DNA from: Patella caerulea
Taxonomy: Eukaryota
Assembly: GCA_036850965.1 (NCBI GenBank)
Contig: JAZGQO010000009.1
Location: 289,610 to 353,609, forward strand
DNA: 64,000 nucleotides
Direction of reading: 5' to 3'
Within the stretch, counting starts at the first letter, position 1, and every line of letters starts with the position of its first letter. Below are positions 58,609 through 64,000 of this stretch, piece after piece. A program made the position numbers and the translations under genes. The notes beneath the pieces are model-generated. The model saw only the letters and a program-made list of their open reading frames with translations, searched no databases and was not told the origin of the DNA.

Positions 58609-60174
58609 TACAAACCTGGCAAACCCCCTCCTGCGAAAATTCCTGGATCCGCCCCTGGAAACCTTACTGTATACTTATATGATTTGATTAAACTCACGAT
58701 ACGAGATTTCTGTTCATTTTAAAACGGCCGCGGAACCACAATCACATGTGGCATACCACTCGAAAAACTGTTTGGTATGATAAGATTAGGATTTCAGTGT
58801 TCCACTCTTCTCTATTTGTACCATAATTACTTATTTCCATGCAAGCTGTGAGAGTATGTATTGGAAATTTTACTTGCCCAAAGTCTCGAACTGTGTATCA
58901 ATTGCAGTCGTAGATACGAATTATCGCGGCTATAAATTGCAGCTAAGTCTTTGTCTGCTTTTCAGACTGCCCATTATCCTTTTTATGTGCATATCATTGT
59001 TTCGCCGGAAGGACTAGACGTGTATCCTTGCCAGGGTCTTTGTTTTGCAACACTAACAATGGAAAATCTAGCAGAACAACCTTCTGGAACAAATATATTC
59101 GGCCAACATCGCCCGGTTTTAAAACCCGGGTAATTAGTAACCGTGAACCTCCATATGTATATATTACAAAGCAAGCTAATATACCCCTCTAACTTAGATT
59201 CAATCAGGGCCTTTCTAATCAATCTCAATTCATCTTTTAAGTAAGGATTTCTTAATCGCATTTAAACGAACAAAAAATTGAAAACATAACACTTAAATCT
59301 AAATGACGAAAATCCAGATCGCCTCTTGCACTTAATGGTTTTGCAGTAAGAAGTAATTAGAACAACTCTTGTGTGGTGAACGAACTGGATTCTAGACTAA
59401 TTATCGTAGAAATAGAACCGCTAATCAAGGATGATGTTTTCCCCGGGGACTTTGGAGCCATTTAAAAGCTGCTTACTTTAATCACGATAGTGAACGAGAT
59501 CGACTGGCATCTATCAGGCATTCCTCGCTTAAGGGTAAGATTAAACACTCTAAACGTTGTTACATTCAAGCACTGTTTGAACTGGAGATACCCATACGAT
59601 GTTTCTAATCATGATGGATACACCAGAAGGGAATTTTAATACTGTTGGACGCTGCACTTGAGGCTTGGTTAATATCATTTACTGTGTACGTCACTGTTTC
59701 TCTCGAGTAGATGTTTAACTTCGTTAAACGACGAAACAATGGATGGTTGTCGTTATTTATCATTATGGGTAACATCGTTCGTTCTCCCTTGTTTAGTTCG
59801 ATGAGACGCTTTCTGACCATTTCCTTGAATATGACCACTCTTGAGGGCTTTGTCATTCTTGTCCCAACAAATTTACGCAGTTTACTATTACCAATAGAAT
59901 TGTAGGAATGGCAAGGCGCTTTAATGTCTTGTCAACACATTTATCGGCCAAATCCAAGGTCACTTATGCAATGACTAGGGGAGGGTGGGGGCGGCTATTC
60001 CGGCTACTATTGTTCTAATTCCCGCTGCCCGGAACTCTTATATTCGTGCAAACCAGTATGCACATGGTTGACTATGCTTGCTATGCTCGACAGCCCCGCA
60101 AGTACTTACGTTTAATGTCTTAGTGGGAAAAAGTCACCGGGACACATCTCAAGGCACATTTACTACTGCTCATT

Positions 60175-60545
60175 TGAGAAGGTCACGTAGCAATCTGATT
60201 AAAACACACATCCTATTTGATAGTTCAAAATTTCGTTTTACTTGTATTTACTATACTAGGATCTGGAAGAGTTGATATCATTGGCGTGTTCTGGATGATG
60301 TAATGGTCTGTTGCGGCGAGTTCTTGGCCTTTAGTGTACGGAACTGTGGGTAAAAAAAACTAGAAACGTCTACGATGATTGATTAATCAATGTTTGACGT
60401 CATGGGTGAAAAGCCGCCTGTTTGACCCCTGACGTGAACTCCCACTGCAACCGGTCAGATTTTATATAATATAGGCCATCGAAAGTATGAAAAAACGAAA
60501 AGAAATATAGATCTGTATTGCATGTAATCAGATAGGTCACATAGT
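60175..60545 (+). repeat. Repeat family F copy
   Basis: See 53740-54060. Confidence 0.5.
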
Positions 60546-61133
60546 TAACATTTTTTTTTTTTTTTGTACTCTAGTAATTATTGCCCCATTTTCTGATTTT
60601 GTACTTCCGTATTTGCGAGTGCTCCCGGATCTACAAGTTGATGCGGAAAGGTATCATTTAGCACAGAAATCTCCATTTGTTGTACTTTGATATTAAAAAC
60701 CAACACGCATTGACGTTTATTTAATGAATACTACAGTATGTAAAGTGAACTCTTTTCACACGTTTTCGTGATCACATAATTAACCTGTTAATTTACATGG
60801 ATTAATGAGATTTTTCGTGATAAATAAAATTAATTTTAATGTAAATTTAGCTATTTTTATATTATTTAATAGGATCGTGGCTGGTAATTATAGTGAATCC
60901 TTTGAAGCATGATTCAGCTCGTTCTTATTTTACACACCAAGACGTGGTCATAAACAAGAAAGGTGAAAAGATGATTAGTGACCTGCTGAAAGCGTCAAGA
61001 ACGGAATTCGTCATTCAAGCCATTTGAATATATTGTGGGGATGTAACAGCAACCAGTATGGGAGGTTGCGGACATGACCCGACCGTCCTCTTCAACGTGT
61101 CTTTAAATTTAAGGATTTGGTTAAAGCATTATT

Positions 61134-61405
61134 GGGGGGTTGGGATGGCCTAGTGGACTAGAGTGCCGCGCTTCGACCTCTAGCCGGCCGGTCACCTCTG
61201 GCTTGCGGCTGTGGTTTCGAACCCTGGTGTGAGCGTATGTGGCATGGAGATAGAGGCGCCTTCCCAACCTCGTGGGTTTCCTCCGGGCACTCCAGTTTCC
61301 CCCCACTGCTAAAGACCCTTACGCGCAAGCGAATTATTGAAATAAAATTAAACCATGTTAGTCCCGAAATGACCTGATTTGTGTTGAGTGGACGTTAAAC
61401 CCCAT
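61134..61405 (+). mobile_element. SINE family A full-length copy
   Basis: ggggggttgggatggcctagtggactagagtgccgcgcttcgacctctagccggccggtcacc...ggacgttaaaccccatttctctc. Confidence 0.85.
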
Positions 61406-61899
61406 TTCTCTCTTTTTAAAGCATTATTTAATGGCAAAGGATGTCTGCTGTTCATCGTTAAATTTAACGCATTGGTTATATCGTAGTTAACATAGCCCAT
61501 ATTTAACCCTTCCAGCAGGGCATCATGTAATGATTCATTTTACATGTAAGTACTGGAAAATTATATAAGAATGGCCTTCGCACTTCGCACTTCGCAGATA
61601 ATATTGCACATAACAATTCTTGAGAGCCTTTGTCCCCACAGCAAAACTTCACACAAAAAAGTAATATTTCTTCTGGAAGAGGTCCAGTATTACTCTAAAT
61701 GAAGCTTAACTAGGACGAAGTATAAAACACGAATGGCCCTGACAAGTATCGGGGATGGGGGTGATACATGCCATGGCCTTCTTGGTGAAATATATAAACA
61801 TCTGAGTATCAGCAATACTCATCGCACTGGAACATTTCTGAATCTACTTGTCGAGTATAAGCCAGGGAATATGACTGCAGTACAATGAATTGAAATGAA

Positions 61900-62235
61900 A
61901 TGAAATTAAATGGGGTTTATCGTCCTACTGTTCTGTTCCGAACTGGGACGGACATACGCCATACAATATGCTCTGAGGGAACCCTACTCTTATATCGAAT
62001 TCCAACTGTCAAGGGATCTTTTACGTGCACGCCCACGTGTACACGGGACCTCGGTTTTTTCGTACAATCCGAACGACTACACAGCTGTCAGACCCTTCGT
62101 CTAGCATCACTGACAAAGAGGAACCATGTCGGAAAATCTGGATGACTTTATCGACCAATGCAGGGGTCGAACACACGACCTCCAGGTAAGCTAACCAGCG
62201 TCCTACCCACTTAGCCACCCCAACCCCTGTCTGCG
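61900..62235 (-). mobile_element. SINE family B full-length copy (reverse)
   Basis: Reverse complement of the family B head/body. It starts aaatggggtttatcgtcctactgttctg.. and ends ..cctccaggtaagctaaccagcgtcctacccacttagccaccccaacccc. Confidence 0.8.
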
Positions 62236-64000
62236 GCAGAAACTGTTTTACCAGCAAACTGGTATGACTGATATCTTTTAGAAATCATGCCGAATAGGAC
62301 GTGGCGTGCAGAGGTGATGGTGAAATCCAGAGCCAAACCCTTGGTCGTATGCCTCCAAGACTCAAGTAAGGTACGTAGTGCTGAGATACAGTATGTTTTA
62401 AATGTGCCAATTAAAACAGATGGTAACTTAACAACACATTTAATAGCGATAATTTAATTTCACTCCCTGGAATGCTTGGCCGATACTGTCTTGCCCTCTG
62501 CCACTTCCTTTCTGCCAGGGGTAGAATAAATATACAATTCATATGGAATTTTCTCTACATGTAGTTGTTGAGTGGTTACAGCTGTTGTTAAATTGTTTCA
62601 ATAACATTCAGGAACTGAATTCTAGGACTACGCCTAAATATTTTTTATTACCGCGCGACGTTTCGACAAAGCTTCACTGGTCTTAACCTGACCTAAATGT
62701 CGCTCAGTAGTATGGAATTGGGACGTATTTATAGTTTGTGTTAATCACGTTGTCGGTTGCCATGGTTCACCAGCCTTTTGGCAGCCATTTGATGAACAAA
62801 TATTTATTATAAGCCTATGATATGACACGCGTAAATATAAACATTGCCAATTCGTGTAAATGGTTATGACACGTGTCTCCATGTTTCCATTAGCCATTGA
62901 CGTATATTCACTATTATCATTACCTTCTAAACCCATTGTAAATACGAGGATGGAATGGATATTTATCCCTTGAGTACAATTTGATTAATGCCAAATTGCC
63001 TATTCTGTTCATAATGTTCTACTGCTTAATGGTCAACATGAATACCAACAAAATAGATTATGAAAATAATTCCGGAAGTTTGAATTACAGTCAAATTAGT
63101 ATGACAATAATTTCCGTCTCTAGTCTAGTCTGCCCTTGTACGTGTTGTAGGGAGGGGCTTGCCAAAATCCTAAATCTACTGGAGGAAATGGAAAACAGAG
63201 TTCCATGAGTAAGCTGCAGCACCGCTTTCCTGGCAAAATATCCACCAAAGCACACGTCAGGGCATATGCCCGTCTAAATTAGACGTGTTCGTTCAAACAC
63301 TGATTGTTTCAGATTCATTAGTTAACTACGAAATAAGTTTGGGATCTAAATCCAGATCTGTGTTAACATGGAATTTTTTTTACTACTGTTCAATGTGTCC
63401 TATTATGTGGTTATATAGAGGGATAACGCGTGTTTTCCTTTCGCGTTCGTCACTTCCGATTCATGAAACCTTTATTACACGTCTATCGTAGCAATGATTT
63501 CTGTGTTAAAATTATATTTGGAATGTGTTTAACCAGTTGCGGAATGTAGTGAAACACGTAACTGTGACAGTAATGAGATGAGGTTTGAAGTCCTACTTTT
63601 CTACACTCGGCATCCCCAGTTGTATCGAGCAGCAGGTTCTATCGTACGATCCTTTTCTGACTCTCTATCGTGCACTACTGACATGGATAAACCGTGCCGG
63701 AAAATCCCGAGCATCCGCCTCGGACAACACCACCTATCTCAACTATATAAGGATACAGCACTTATTTCAAGAATATTTGTAATGTGAAAATTAACAAGTA
63801 TGGCAGTACTATGAACCATACAGCAATCATGTATTGTGACGTCAAAAGTCAATCTGCCAATCGATGCATATTTGTCTAAAGAACAAGCATGCCATGAAGG
63901 TCATTATTATAAGACTTTTTTTGTATGACATTATACAACTATAAGATGGTAACTGCCATTTATAGTTCAACTCTGTCTATTATGGAAGTACATTCGCACT

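Noticed and set aside
1-64000. Prokaryotic-style operon, defence island or otherwise novel system
   Set aside because: Coding sequence is split into GT/AG-bounded exons of 45-260 nt separated by kb-scale introns. The content is orthologous to metazoan MVP and STARD7. The window is AT-rich, full of tRNA-derived SINEs, MITEs and minisatellites, and has eukaryotic promoter-type motifs. There are no long uninterrupted ORFs or RBS-spaced gene clusters.

Overview
This window is eukaryotic (metazoan, probably invertebrate) nuclear DNA, not a prokaryotic island. It is AT-rich with low coding density, and the coding sequence sits in short GT/AG-bounded exons separated by kb-scale introns full of SINEs. 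Hand splice-modelling guided by the ORF track resolves three genes. (1) A partial minus-strand WD40/beta-propeller gene spans 137-6076 and runs off the left edge. (2) A complete STARD7-like START-domain lipid-transfer gene lies on the plus strand, with 8 coding exons at 7997-16065 encoding 389 aa with an N-terminal mitochondrial-presequence-like region. (3) A complete major vault protein (MVP) gene lies on the minus strand, with 26 coding exons running 42373 down to 21629 and encoding 844 aa; it is convergent with STARD7. Everything else is repeat landscape. There are three tRNA-derived SINE families (A, B, C) that share one 3' tail, and at least two MITE families including one with CAGGGGCGGATCCAGG TIRs. 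There are also long foldback/palindromic elements, a 2.2-kb non-autonomous LTR retroelement with identical 525-bp LTRs, minisatellites, and several nested insertions (TE-in-TE). I found no operon, CRISPR array, rRNA gene or bona fide tRNA gene. The most notable content is the vault-particle gene and an unusually readable record of recent transposon activity. All coordinates come from hand alignment to remembered orthologue sequences; nothing was searched or computed.
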